Shown in pieces: positions 1 through 11,317 of a stretch of 64,000 nucleotides of DNA. Source of the stretch: Euglena gracilis (lineage: Eukaryota); NCBI GenBank assembly GCA_039621445.1, contig CP154954.1, positions 11,071,229 through 11,135,228 on the forward strand. Direction: 5' to 3'. The first letter of the stretch is position 1, and every line of letters begins with the position of its first letter. Position numbers and translations under genes: made by a program. The notes beneath the pieces were generated by a model. The model searched no databases. It saw only the letters and a program-made list of their open reading frames with translations, and had not been told where the DNA came from.

Positions 1-1298
1 CAGGAACGGCTGTATCCTTCGTCTCTGCCCCGCGAGCGGAAGGGGAACGATCGGTTTCCCCGGCTCCCGCGGCGGCTTCCGTCTGTCCACCGGTAGGTGG
101 AGACCAGAAACTTCCTGAGGAGGAAGGTGAGAACGTGGAGGATATCCTCTACGCTGCTCTGCCTGCTCCGGCACAGCCTGGGCCAGACGGAGCACCCACA
201 GGGGATATACCTGTGGCTGCTACGCCTGTTCCAACGGCTGAGCCTCCAGCCGAGGTGACTGGTATGGTCGTCGAGGACAACCTCGAAGAACCTGCCAGTC
301 CCACAGCACGCACCTCATTAGGAGGCCGTGTGCTCGGCGCCGTAGTCACCGGCATTACTGCCGTGGCTGCTGCACTAACGCCACGACGTGGAGGCGTAGC
401 ATCAAGCTCCGCCGATGAGGTCGTGGACACGCCGGATGTCGGCGTTCCCTCACCCCCATCTCCGGCAGCAGTGCAACCACCATCACGGGATGAACCCCAG
501 CCGACAGAGCCAACTGTCGCACCAGCTACAGCGGAGGATCAACCTCCCGTAGCACCTGCGCCAGCGGTTGTGGATGATCAACCTCCTAGACCGGATGTCG
601 AAATGGAAGTGGAGGAGATACCCCCACGACCACCGACACCGCGCGAGGCCCCTGCCGTCCCGAGGACAATGGCAGAGTTTCTGGGAGTGCCAGCACCTGT
701 GGAAGCACCGATTCTGGTGACGACCACAGTGCCACGCCTCGTCGGACAGGATGAACCTGCTCGGCGACGGCCGGCTGAACAACCCCCGGAACATGTGCCG
801 ACCCCTCGCAGCGTCATGCGCAACCCAGCGGTCAGTACGCCCGCTTCGCCCAGACGGCAAGCTTCTACTCCGACACCACCGGCTCCTGATACCAGGAGCA
901 AGCCGCAGGCGTCTCCTCCTGACTCTGGGAGTGCGAAGCCGAAAGGAGGCAAACCGGGTGCTGCACCCTGTAAGCCCCCTGCCAAAGGCGGTGATGGGAA
1001 ACCACCACCGAAAGGTGGCGCTGGAGGTCAGACTGGCGGACAGCCGAAAGGCCCTACGATAATGCACGACTATTCGGCCGTTGCATCGTCCGGGTACGGC
1101 CAGAGCAAACCGAAAGGTAAGGCTCGTGGTCGACAGGCCCAGTCTTCCGCCGGATCGACGGATGAGGAAGAGGATGAACCTGCTTCACCTCCTGTGTCTG
1201 CGGATGCCCAGCTCTGGACTCAGGATATCCTGACCAGACTAGGCACCGTCGAAGAGAGGACGAAGAAACTGGCTGCTATTAGGCACCAGAAAGGGTCA
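1..1298 (+). pseudogene. Fragment of family-B accessory ORF3 (Pro/acidic low-complexity part), cut by the window start and an assembly gap
   Basis: ORF 135..1349 closely matches the minus-strand ORFs 61233..62195 and 58195..59415 (RTSLGGRVLGAVVTG, KPGAAPCKPPAK, HDYSAVASSGYG). Confidence 0.75.
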
Positions 1299-1311
1299 NN
1301 NNNNNNNNNNN
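1299..1311. other. Assembly gap (13 N)
   Basis: Run of N; sequence character changes across it. A second short gap lies at 2480-2482. Confidence 0.98.
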
Positions 1312-1655
1312 TTTTTGGTCACCCAGACCCCGGAAACCTGTTTTTTTGAGCCAAAATGAGCGTTTTTCGACCGCGCGATGTATGAAGCTGTTCGAGTGCC
1401 GGGGGGGGGGCTCCCGCCCCCCCCCGGACCCCCCCGGGGGGGTCCCCTGGAGGGGGGTGGGATATACTTTTCTGCGCTGCAGGCGCCGAAAAAATTGTAT
1501 TTTTAGCACTTTTCGCGATTTTTCGGCCATTTTTTGTGGGTCCCCCGGACCCCCCTCCCCCCGGCCCCCCCCCAGGGGGTGGGTGGGTGGGGGACCCCAC
1601 CTCCCCCCCGGTCTTAAACCTCTGGTGCATTCCTCTTGGGGCCAGGTGCATGCTG

Positions 1656-1716
1656 CCCCCCCATTATGTACCTCCCCCTCAGGGGTACATGATGGGGGGG
1701 GTACATAATGGGGGGG
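1656..1716. repeat. Perfect 17-bp inverted repeat/hairpin
   Basis: CCCCCCCATTATGTACC (1656-1672) pairs with GGTACATAATGGGGGGG (1700-1716); a degenerate third copy sits in the loop. Confidence 0.8.
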
Positions 1717-3764
1717 TGGATGGTATTTGTACATATATGGATGTACACATATTTGTCTGTGCATATTGTGTGTGTACATGAACATCAACAAAAAAACAAA
1801 ACTCCATTGAATACTTCCAAAATGAGAAAGTCATAAAATTGCATTTTTTACATTTTTTTGATGTTTTTCCCCCCTTTTTTGGCAGCTCTTGAACTTATTG
1901 GCATATTGGCAAGTGTGGACTGAGAAAACAAATTGCAAACTACCTGGGCCCCCCTTTTTCATCTTTCACCACTTTGCACTTTTCACGCCAGCCTGGTGCA
2001 CCAACTTTGTTTCAATCTCGAAACCCAGGGGCCACCCACCAACCTTCAAAAAAATCCCTGCACATGTCGATTTGCAAAAATACGTCCAAAAAAGCGTGTT
2101 TCAAAAACTTGCTCCTGCTCCTTCAAATATTTTTGTATAATTATTAAATTATATTAATTAATTGCACACTGCTGTTTTTCATGGCGCCACCCACCATTGG
2201 CGGGTTTGGGATTCCAGGTTGTTTTTTGAAAGTTTGTGGGGATCCCTGCAGCTGACGTATTTATTCAGCACGTCACCACCTTGTATTCACCGTGACGAAT
2301 ATTTAAGGACTTTCACGTCAGCCTTGCTTAGTGCATCAGTGTTATTTTTGCCAGCAGGGTGGTATTTGCCATTTTCTTTCATTCTTCCAGCCCTGTCTTC
2401 ATTGGAGTGAAACAACGCGGAAACATCGTGCCCATTTTGGTGGTGAGCACATCAGCTTCCGGGAGCACCAATCTTTTTTNNNACTGCCCGTTTGTTCTGG
2501 TGGAACCAATTTTCCACCCCAAAAGTTTTTCTGTCACCTTTGGAGCGGGTGCATTTTGAATCATTTGGGACCCAAGCCCCTTTTTTTTCACACCGTCCGA
2601 AATTTCAACATTTTTCTCAAAATTTCATTTTTAGAGGTTTTGGAAGGGAAAATTGCCATTGAAAATCCCAAAACACAAGAAAGTACCAGCAATGTTCGAC
2701 GACCCAGTTGCGCAATTTTTCAGATTCGTTTATCTCTAACCCGATATGCAAGGTACTTTTGCGACTGTTTTTTATCGGTAAAAACACTCGTTTCGAGTGA
2801 AGCTTGCAAAAAAATTTCAACGCTCAAAAATCTCACAAGACTCAAAAAAAACGGGCCATATAATCTGTGGAGCGTGGACGGACCGGATGACAGGGGGTCT
2901 GTTGCTGACACCTCGGGCTCCGCACTTTGCCATTGTGAGGCCATGCCTTGCTCGCCGGCGGTTTGTTGTGCGATTGTTCGCTGCGCTGGGTTAGGAGGTC
3001 CCGCTTAGTGCCTTTTTCCGCCGGAGTTGGCTGACTCCTAACTTGACCTTTGACACCCAGAAGACAGGAAAAGAGTTCACGATCGAAGACGAACCGAGAG
3101 AAGAAGTCAACATCAATTCAATATCCAGAAGGACACGATCCAGACGAACAGCAATTGAGTGTAGAATGCAGTGGAGAAGAAATTGCGATTACATGGCCAC
3201 GGACGTCCTGGAGAAGTTTTCCGCACCAGCAGGAGAGCTTGGAGATGCGGTCGAAACGCGGCGAACCGTGGCCGTTCCCCCCCCCAGACCCCCACCCCAG
3301 AAATTTCCCAGCCCAAACCCCCCCCCCCCCAGTGACGGCCACGGTCCTTGGACCACTATGGCCAGAAGGCCCAGAAGAAAAAAGTCTTCCCCAGCCCCTG
3401 ATGGGCAAAGGATTGGCCAGGGGGGCCCAAAATGCTCCACAATTGAACAACCACAGCCCACACATGCGCCTATAAAGCAATTGGCCAATGGATGGGGAGA
3501 TGGAATCAAGGCAAAGGAGGACAACACTACAGGGGCCATGGGGGCCAGTTTTACAAGCAAATCCCCTCAGGAAGGGGCAGAAAAGGACTGTACAACCCCC
3601 CCCAATTCATCCATCACAACAGCCCCTCTCAAGGGGAAAAGGGGAGGCCACAGCAGCCCCCCCAGATTTCAAGTGGGGTTGGAAGCCAAATCAAGGCCTG
3701 GAAGACCTACAGAAGGATTATGGAAAAAAAAATTACACATGGAGACCTTGGAGACCAGCAGGGT

Positions 3765-4060
3765 GGACCCACAGTGGCCACCAAGAAGCTAAGGGGCATC
3801 ATGCCCAACCAGCAGGGTAGACCCACAATGGCCACCAAGAAGTTAAGACAGCTGCTGGAGAAATCCCCCGAGGGACCCACAGAGGCCCTCTGCCAAAAAA
3901 AGGGGGAAAAGGGAACCCACAGTGGCCCCTTTAATGATCCAACCTCAGGAGGAAAAGGGACCCACAGTGGCCCTTTTGGAGGGAGGGGCAGGAACCCCTC
4001 CTACATTTATTTCTCAATTCCTGATCAATCAATCAAGGGGGGACCCACAGAGGCCCCCCT
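3765..4060 (+). repeat. Degenerate tandem repeat with core GGACCCACAG(T/A)GGCC, about 6 copies
   Basis: Copies near 3765, 3820, 3873, 3913, 3958 and 4041. Confidence 0.7.
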
Positions 4061-4654
4061 ATGGTATGTCAACCAACCACATCAACATGGAAAAGACCAG
4101 ATAGGCCAAACAGGGGCCTTAAGCCCTATGGTGCGTCTCCCAACAACAAGATCATCCAGAGAGATGAGGAATCAGCCAACTCCGGCGAAAAAAGGCACTA
4201 AGCGGGACCTCCTAACTCAGCGCAGCGAACAATCACACAACAAACCGCCGGCGAGCAAGGCATGGCCTCACAATGTCTTTGTGCTTCGCCCTCGGTGTCC
4301 CTTCCTCCCTTTTCGGCTTACCTCGAGGGAGTACGATACCCTCCTCCCAAGAAGAAGGCGGGGGGTGCGAGCCAGAGGGTCCTCGCAAGGGGACCGTCGG
4401 AAAAAGAAGAGGCAGCGAATATTCTGCCGGCGGCTGCGCGCCGGAAAATGAGCCATTGGATCACTTTTGAATATATTGCCTATTTCGTGATGAGTCGGCG
4501 CTCTCCAAATAAAATATTGAAGTCCTATCAAAAACTGAGCATTTTTGGATCGACTTGCAGATTGGAGAACTTTGGGAAAGGGATTGCGACAGCTGGACGG
4601 TCCGTAAGCCCCGTGCGGGTTGTAAAAGATCGTCAATTTGCTTACCGCACACGG

Positions 4655-5166
4655 TGAAAACCCTTCCTTGGTTCGGTTTTTTTGCGGATCCTTCGGCCTC
4701 GGCTTTTTCTTGAGGCGGCCGCCGGGCTTCGAAGCCAAAATCTTCAATGTTTTCTTCTTTGTCCTTTGGCTTTTTCAGCTGCACCTTGAAATTCATTTTT
4801 TTTTCAAATTCTGTATCTTGCATGCACAATCAATTGATATTTTTTTGTAGTCTTGTCCAGTGCATTGGTATGGGCTAAGAACCCTGTGTGTGAGATTGGT
4901 TTGTAATTGGTGGGTTCGAGTGGGGACTTTCTTAGGCTAATTAGGGAAATATGGCAAATCCTACTGTGGAAAATTGGTCGGCCGGTCTTGAAAATTTCAA
5001 AGAATCGACCCAGCAAGGTCAAACATTGAGTTCAGGCTTTCAAGCCGAACCTTAATAATCTTTTCCCTAGGTTAAATTCGACTGAAAACCAAAAAGTGGT
5101 ATTTCAGTGATTTTCGGCCCCACTCAGGCAAATTTTTCCCAATTTTTGGGTTAGGACCCCTTTACA
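4655..5166 (-). repeat. Family C 3' LTR
   Basis: Direct repeat of 10570-11081, preceded on minus by PPT AGTGGGGGAG (5167-5176). Confidence 0.92.
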
Positions 5167-5890
5167 CTCCCCCACTTAGAAAAATCTCGGGGAGATTTCA
5201 AAAACGAAAGTAAAAAAGAAGGGGTCCGCGTGAAAGAAACAATTTGGTTTGCAAAAAAAAGAAGTAGTATGTCTGCGGTTGGTAAGAGCAACGGGGGGGG
5301 GGCAGCCCAAAAGGCCACCCCGCGTAAGTAACGGCGGGGGGGGGGGGGGCAGCCCAACGGGCCACACCGCACCCCGGGGGGAGATGGTGCAACGGTGCAA
5401 CAACAGGTGGTGCGGAAAATCGGTGTGGGGCAACGGTGCGTGGGCAACGGTGCGGCGCAACTCAGCTGCGTACGCCGCCGCCGCAACCGCCGCCTCCCAC
5501 TCGAGGTGGTTGCCACGGTACCGCGTATGTGTGAGTCGTGTGTTCACAATCACAATATGGTATGCGGTTTTTATCCCCACACACCACACGACACTCATGC
5601 TTCGGATGACACTTTGCGGGCACCCAAGGCGGGTCGGGTTGCAACTACGAAAGTTGCACGCCGAGCCACAATGGGGCCTAGGCATGGTTTCGCGTTTCCA
5701 ACCCTTGCGAACCACTTTTTGACCAACCGTCATTCAAGAAATCTGGTTGTTAGGCTTCAGGGTTTTTTTTTTGATTGTTAGGCTGGCCTTCCGTTAGGGA
5801 TTCTTTCTCACAAGGAGCAAATTCCCTTTTTTTGCTTGGTTGGGCCCTTTTTTGTTGGGGTTTCTGCTTAGTCCCTTTTTAAGGAGCAAA

Positions 5891-6871
5891 TTACCCTCTT
5901 TTTTTTGAATGTAGCGCGCTTTTTTGTTGGGGGGATTGTTGCATTTCGTGATCTGTTGCTTGTCGCGACCAAACACCAAAAATCAGAATCAACGAAAACA
6001 ACCCCGCAAACCGCGGGATTGGTTCCCCGCAATGATAATTCATCACTTTTCCCACAAACGTAACGGGAATGTGACTTACGGCCGTTTTTGTGGGGGGGGT
6101 CACATCAACCCGTGCCCTCCCGGGCCATCTCTCAAATCTTGGCCCAAAATTTCCACCTCTTAGAGAAAAAACGTGCTTGGAAAATCTGTCCACCTTTTGC
6201 TTTTCAAAAAGCAAATCCAAATCTGTGAAATTCTCACCTCCTTGCCTTTCCAAAAATTGTTCCTCCGAACCCAAAGTTCCTTGGGGGGTACCTACGGGAG
6301 CCTCACCGACAAAATCGTCGGCCATGTCCCATGCCTGGGCAAGTTTCTTTCCCAAAATTCTCTGAAAATTCTGCATACCGTCCTTTACGGGGGGTTTGGG
6401 CTCCACCTCCTCTCCGTAAATAACACCTTTAAATTCCCTGAAATTATGTCGGTACAACACATCGACTTTTCGTTGGAACGCCCCCCGCTCACTCGCCTCC
6501 GAATGAGTGGGGCTCATCCCCATTTTGTTCATTCCAACGTTATTCCTTTCTTCCACACAACACAACCCGTAAAATTGAACAGATCCCACCTCCCACACTT
6601 GCCCAATAAAAACGTTAGATTTTGTGCCTTGGGTAAAATCGGCAGACTCAAAATTTTCATTGGTCAACCGTTCAACCCATTTTTTCTTCTCTTTCCCCAA
6701 ACGGGCGGAAGAAAATTGAAATAATTCACTTTTTTCCACTTGGGAAAAATGAGGGGGTTCAAAATGCGTTTCAACCCTCCCCTCTTCCTTTTCCACCTGT
6801 AAATTGTCCACTTCCACCACCGTTTCCCAAAATCTGGGGTTCATCCAAATCCAAAAATTCCCTTTCGTCAT
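5891..6871 (-). pseudogene. Eroded Dam-remnant / protease / RT-start region of family C
   Basis: WIWMNPRFW resembles family A LWMNPPW; NKMGMSPTHS resembles AKLGIFPHHK; FREFKGVIYGEEVEPKPP resembles EDYRGTVFRSSPFPDPP. No DTG or YxDD motif remains. Confidence 0.55.
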
Positions 6872-7943
6872 GGGTCATTCGTGGGGGGGTACCTTGGGGG
6901 ACCAACACCAAACACTCCCCCTTTGGAATATGCCTTTCCTCCTTCCCGCCAACCTGAAAAATGACCAAATCTGGGACTCGGAATTTTTTATTTGATGTCC
7001 CACCAAAAATGTTTCCACCAGAACGGTGAAAATGTCTTTTGGGCCCGGGGATGGTGAACTTGCACCAAAAACCCGGCCACAAACGGTTTGGCAAACCCTC
7101 CACCACTCCCCAAATACGAGTGGGCTTTTTGTAGTCAAAAGGACAACATTGAGAAAAATCAACGTTCAAAAAAATCAGCCCTTTCAAAAATTCACGGTCT
7201 TTCCTAAGGCCGTTTCGGGGAATTTTTATAAAAATTCTGGGGGGCTGTAAAAATTGGGTGTAGGAAAGTGTCATTTTTGTGCGAGAATCGGCATACTCCA
7301 AATTTCTTTCACACATGGTGGGGTCTTGACCATATTTCGTATGTAGCACGGATGCAAAAGTCAAGTCCGCCCCCCCTCCTGATTTTGCGCCCGTAAAAAG
7401 CTTCAAAACCTTTGGTACTTTTGACCCAAAAAATCGCTGGACTTTGTCCACAAAAGTGTTTGACTGTGGCGCAAATATTTTCTGAAACAAATTTTGCGCT
7501 GGGGGCACTTGAACAAAAGTGTTGCCCCTGAAACGTTGGCCACCACTTTTTCCTTGGGCAGTTTCCGAACCTTTGTCATTAAAATTGGTCGTCCCGCCCC
7601 CCATGCCTCGTCCTCCCCCCCCATGGGCATGGGGCCCAAAACTGGGTGCGGGGGGAGCTTGTTTTGCATCCAGAATTTTTGTCCAACAGTTAGAGGCATT
7701 ATTCCCAACCTTACCACAACACTTACACGGTGCTCTGATTACACAGGTTGTGTGGTTGGGGTTTGGGAGCGGTGCTTCTTTCACCTCTGAAGAATTTTTT
7801 GACAACACCCCCCCTTCTTGAGGATTTCTGGCAAAATTCTGAGAAAAATTCTCGTTTCGCGTTTTCTGAATGCATTTGGTCCCCCCCATCCAATCGGGGG
7901 GTTGACTCGTTTCAGGGGGGGCACCTGGCCCTTTAAATTCCAT
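6771..7943 (-). pseudogene. Gag C-terminus (Zn-knuckle-like CKCCGKVGNNASNC) fused to a degenerate C5-cytosine methyltransferase
   Basis: VLKLFTGAKS (motif I-like). IKIPRNGLRKDREFLKGLIFLNVDFSQCCPFDYKKPTRIWG aligns to family A IENPRHGLLRKRPCVQNLTFVDVDYCQFSDWGYQKPTRIWG. The catalytic PC is absent. Confidence 0.75.
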
Positions 7944-10744
7944 CCCCCCTCCGTTTGTTCAAGACATCCCTGTGTCATTCCCATGATTTGAGCGGGGGGG
8001 ATATGAAAATCGCTGGGGGAAAACAGCAATTTTTGTCCAAATGACCACCCATTGAGTGAAAGAAGCGAAATTTTGTCCCTTGTCAACTCCTTTCTGATTA
8101 CTTCTTCGTTCTGGCTTTCATTCCTCCTTTCTTTGTGAAAAATATGGGGAAATTCCTGTCTTAGCACATGACAGGTGTCCGCATGAGATGGAGATTTGAC
8201 AAAATTCTGAATTGTCAAAAATTCTGTCTCGAAATGTTTCCAATCTTCCCCAAAAAACGTTGTTGAAACTCTGGACAGTTTTGGTGTAAAATTCTGCCAA
8301 AATTCAGGCCCGTGACCTGAAAATCTGTTGATTTTTGCCTCTTCTTCCACCATGTCCCAAAACGGGATACCAACAAAAATTGAAATCTGGCAACCAAAAA
8401 TGGTGCCTTCCCCCATCATCCCCACCCCTGCCCCCATCCCTGTGAGCAAAATTTGTACCGGGACCATGACAGATGGAAATTTTTCATGCGTTTCAACGGG
8501 AAATTCCAACACGCTTCGCTGGGGGGCATTCAAAAGGGGTATTGTTTGTGAGGCTGTTACTTCCAAACTTACGGAAGGAAAATCCACCATTCTGGGGGAA
8601 ACAAAAAACTGAGTGAGGGGGGTAAAAACTGTTGTGGGTTGGGTAACGGGAACATGCAAAGTGTGGCTTTGCCAACAGGGGGTAGAGACCACCGTATGGT
8701 GCTCCTCCCCTTTGGGCAAGACCAACACTCCAGCACTGTTGCCCAAAAAGGCCGCTCCCCCTACCTCTGGGCCTAGGTTGCCCGAGTAGGGAGCGACGGG
8801 GGGGAAAATTTGAAAAATTTGAAAAACCAACCCACTCACTCTCTCTGGGCTTCTCCTTCTCATTCCTTCAGGTCCCAACCCAGAGCTTGGTCCCAACCCA
8901 GGCCTTCTCGTCATTTCAGGTCCCAACCGTGCTCCCAACCCATAGCTTGGTCCCAACCCATAGCTCCTGGGTGGGGCTGTCCTCCGTGTGCTGGCTGCTG
9001 CTGGGCCCCCCTGCACCGCCACCACAGCGGTGCGGGGGAGTGGGCCCCCAGACGCCGCCACCACAGCGACGCTGGGGTTGGGGGTCTCACTTCCCAGGGT
9101 GTGAAAACAAAATTTGCGGCCAGTGATCTGGGCAGGGGGAAAAAACTGTCCACGTTGACCCCCTTCCGCAATAAACTGGGATAGTGTCCGGTTGAAAATC
9201 CTGAGACCCTCCAATTGAGAAAAGCTTCGCTCAATCCCAATCACCAAAGTAGAAATTGCTACAAATCCTTCAATTTTCAGCAAAAATGCCTGAAACGGCG
9301 TTTGATTTGAGTTTTCCAAACCCAAAACTGGTAATTTCTCGTCAAAAAGTTCTTGCCTTTTGGCGCTGTTGTCCAAAGTTAAATTGGGCTGGAATCCCGC
9401 TGAAATTTGATCACTTTTGACCAAAGCGGTTTCCATTTTTGAATCTGGGGGATCTGCAGTTTTTTCCAAATTTGCCCAGGGAAATTGAAAACATTCTTCG
9501 CCCAGCACCTTAAACTGAATCATTTCGTGCACTCTCCTCCTTGCACGTTCTTCCCAAGGATCTTTGTTTCCCCCCTCCATCTCCATTTCCACAGGGGGGA
9601 CTGAAATTTGTGTGAGGGGGACAATTCCCGTTCCTCCTCCACCAGCCAAAAAGGCTGATCCGTGCCCACTCCCAGCCTGGGGCAAAGGGGAAAAATTTAC
9701 TGTACGGAGGCTTCCACCCATCTCCGACAAGATTGGCTGAAAAAATATGAAAACCACAGCAAAAATCTGTGGCACCAGGGAAAGTTGTCCCGTACGGAGG
9801 ATATCACCCATCTCCGACCGTTTTGGCTGAAAATCTGCCAAATGCACAGGAAATTTCTGTGACGAGGAAAGGGAAAATTCACTTTTTTCACTTGAAAACT
9901 GAAAGATCCTTGGGTGAGACAACGCCTGGGTTTTTTTGTGGGGGAAAATACGTGCCACTTTGTAAATGGGACCCTGCCCCCCACAACAAATCTTGCTGAA
10001 AATGGATGCCGTTGGCAAAAACTGTGGGGAGACTTCAGAAAATTCCAGAAAATTCTGGGTCATCGTCGTAATTCGTGCTGAAATTGGACAAGTTGATTGT
10101 GAAAAATCTTCTCGGGTCTGAAAATTCAGTGGTAACCCATGAAAATCTGCTGGGAATTCAGTTTTCTGAAAAATCTGTGGTGATGCGACAAGTAAATTTG
10201 GCAAGAATGATCTTTCTGAAAAATCTGCAGATGAAATGTAATGTGGCACCAAAATTTCCCCACATGACACTTTTGAATGCCTACAATTCTTCGGGTTCTT
10301 TAGCAGCCTCAGGGCTGTGGTTGGGGGTTGTATGCTGGCACACCACAGTCGTGTGTTGTATGTGTCCGCCTGCTGAGCTTCTGCAGCTTCAATACTGCGC
10401 GCTGGGGGGCCATTGCAGGGCCCCCCTCCACCAGCTGCAGCTTTCAATGTGAACAATGTGTTTGGGGTTTCAGCTTCAATCTTCTTTCTTGTCATTCTTC
10501 TTTGACTTTCTTGTGCTTCAGCTGCCTGGCGCGCCTCGCTCTGGCCGGAGGGTCCGGGTAGGACCTCCATGAAAACCCTTCCTTGGTTCGGTTTTTTTGC
10601 GGATCCTTCGGCCTCGGCTTTTTCTTGAGGCGGCCGCCGGGCTTCGAAGCCAAAATCTTCAATGTTTTCTTTTTTGTCCTTTGGCTTTTTCAGCTGCACC
10701 TTGAAATTCATTTTTTTTTCAAATTCTGTATCTTGCATGCACAA
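7781..10744 (-). CDS. Long (987 aa) degenerate Gag-like ORF of family C, starting inside the 5' LTR
   Basis: Open frame in the gag position. Only weak capsid-like remnants (e.g. FFGEDWKHF). Confidence 0.45.
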   Translation of the reverse strand: MCMQDTEFEKKMNFKVQLKKPKDKKENIEDFGFEARRPPQEKAEAEGSAKKPNQGRVFMEVLPGPSGQSEARQAAEAQESQRRMTRKKIEAETPNTLFTLKAAAGGGGPCNGPPARSIEAAEAQQADTYNTRLWCASIQPPTTALRLLKNPKNCRHSKVSCGEILVPHYISSADFSERSFLPNLLVASPQIFQKTEFPADFHGLPLNFQTREDFSQSTCPISARITTMTQNFLEFSEVSPQFLPTASIFSKICCGGQGPIYKVARIFPHKKTQALSHPRIFQFSSEKSEFSLSSSQKFPVHLADFQPKRSEMGDILRTGQLSLVPQIFAVVFIFFQPILSEMGGSLRTVNFSPLPQAGSGHGSAFLAGGGGTGIVPLTQISVPPVEMEMEGGNKDPWEERARRRVHEMIQFKVLGEECFQFPWANLEKTADPPDSKMETALVKSDQISAGFQPNLTLDNSAKRQELFDEKLPVLGLENSNQTPFQAFLLKIEGFVAISTLVIGIERSFSQLEGLRIFNRTLSQFIAEGGQRGQFFPPAQITGRKFCFHTLGSETPNPSVAVVAASGGPLPRTAVVAVQGGPAAASTRRTAPPRSYGLGPSYGLGARLGPEMTRRPGLGPSSGLGPEGMRRRSPERVSGLVFQIFQIFPPVAPYSGNLGPEVGGAAFLGNSAGVLVLPKGEEHHTVVSTPCWQSHTLHVPVTQPTTVFTPLTQFFVSPRMVDFPSVSLEVTASQTIPLLNAPQRSVLEFPVETHEKFPSVMVPVQILLTGMGAGVGMMGEGTIFGCQISIFVGIPFWDMVEEEAKINRFSGHGPEFWQNFTPKLSRVSTTFFGEDWKHFETEFLTIQNFVKSPSHADTCHVLRQEFPHIFHKERRNESQNEEVIRKELTRDKISLLSLNGWSFGQKLLFSPSDFHIPPAQIMGMTQGCLEQTEGGWNLKGQVPPLKRVNPPIGWGGPNAFRKRETRIFLRILPEILKKGGCCQKILQR
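10553..10569 (-). promoter_or_regulatory. Primer-binding site, tRNA-Gln type
   Basis: TGGAGGTCCTACCCGGA directly after the LTR's CA; complementary to the ...GGTAGGACCT-CCA type of eukaryotic tRNA-Gln 3' end. Confidence 0.75.
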
Positions 10745-11081
10745 TCAATTGATATTTTTTTGTAGTCTTGTCCAGTGCATTGGTATGGGCTAAGAACCCT
10801 GTGTGTGAGATTGGTTTGTAATTGGTGGGTTCGAGTGGGGACTTTCTTAGGCTAATTAGGGAAATATGGCAAATCCTACTGTGGAAAATTGGTCGGCCGG
10901 TCTTGAAAATTTCAAAGAATCGACCCAGCAAGGTCAAACATTGAGTTCAGGCTTTCAAGCCGAACCTTAATAATCTTTTCCCTAGGTTAAATTCGACTGA
11001 AAACCAAAAAGTGGTATTTCAGTGATTTTCGGCCCCACTCAGGCAAATTTTTGCCAATTTTTGGGTTAGGACCCCTTTACA
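10570..11081 (-). repeat. Family C 5' LTR
   Basis: TGTAAAGGGG...GGTTTTCA on minus; only about two differences from 4655-5166 seen by eye. Confidence 0.92.
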
Positions 11082-11317
11082 ACGGCATTGAGTTGGAACG
11101 AGAAGTCCTGAGAATGCATAAAAAAGTTGCCCTTTCCTACTCCCGCAAACGTGAACTAAATGGGGAGAACCTGGGATTAACCTCCGGCGGCGGAGGATCT
11201 CTATTTCCCTCCTCATTTTCAGAAGATCCAACACAAAATCGAATCCCTTCGGGCTCTATGAATACCCCCCCCCCCCATGCATATCCCTAAACATACTTGG
11301 GTCACAATTCTTCGCCC

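Larger units (their letters stand above)
4655..11081 (-). mobile_element. Family C non-autonomous Gypsy-type LTR element, 6427 bp, TSD ACGG
   Basis: Two near-identical 512-bp LTRs (TG...CA on minus), ACGG at 4651-4654 and 11082-11085, a PBS and a PPT. The flanking frame (LLTAHG|IELEREV) rejoins when the element is removed. Confidence 0.92.

Noticed and set aside
10553-10569. tRNA genes at the PBS-like sites
   Set aside because: Only 3'-end complements including CCA are present; no cloverleaf can be formed.
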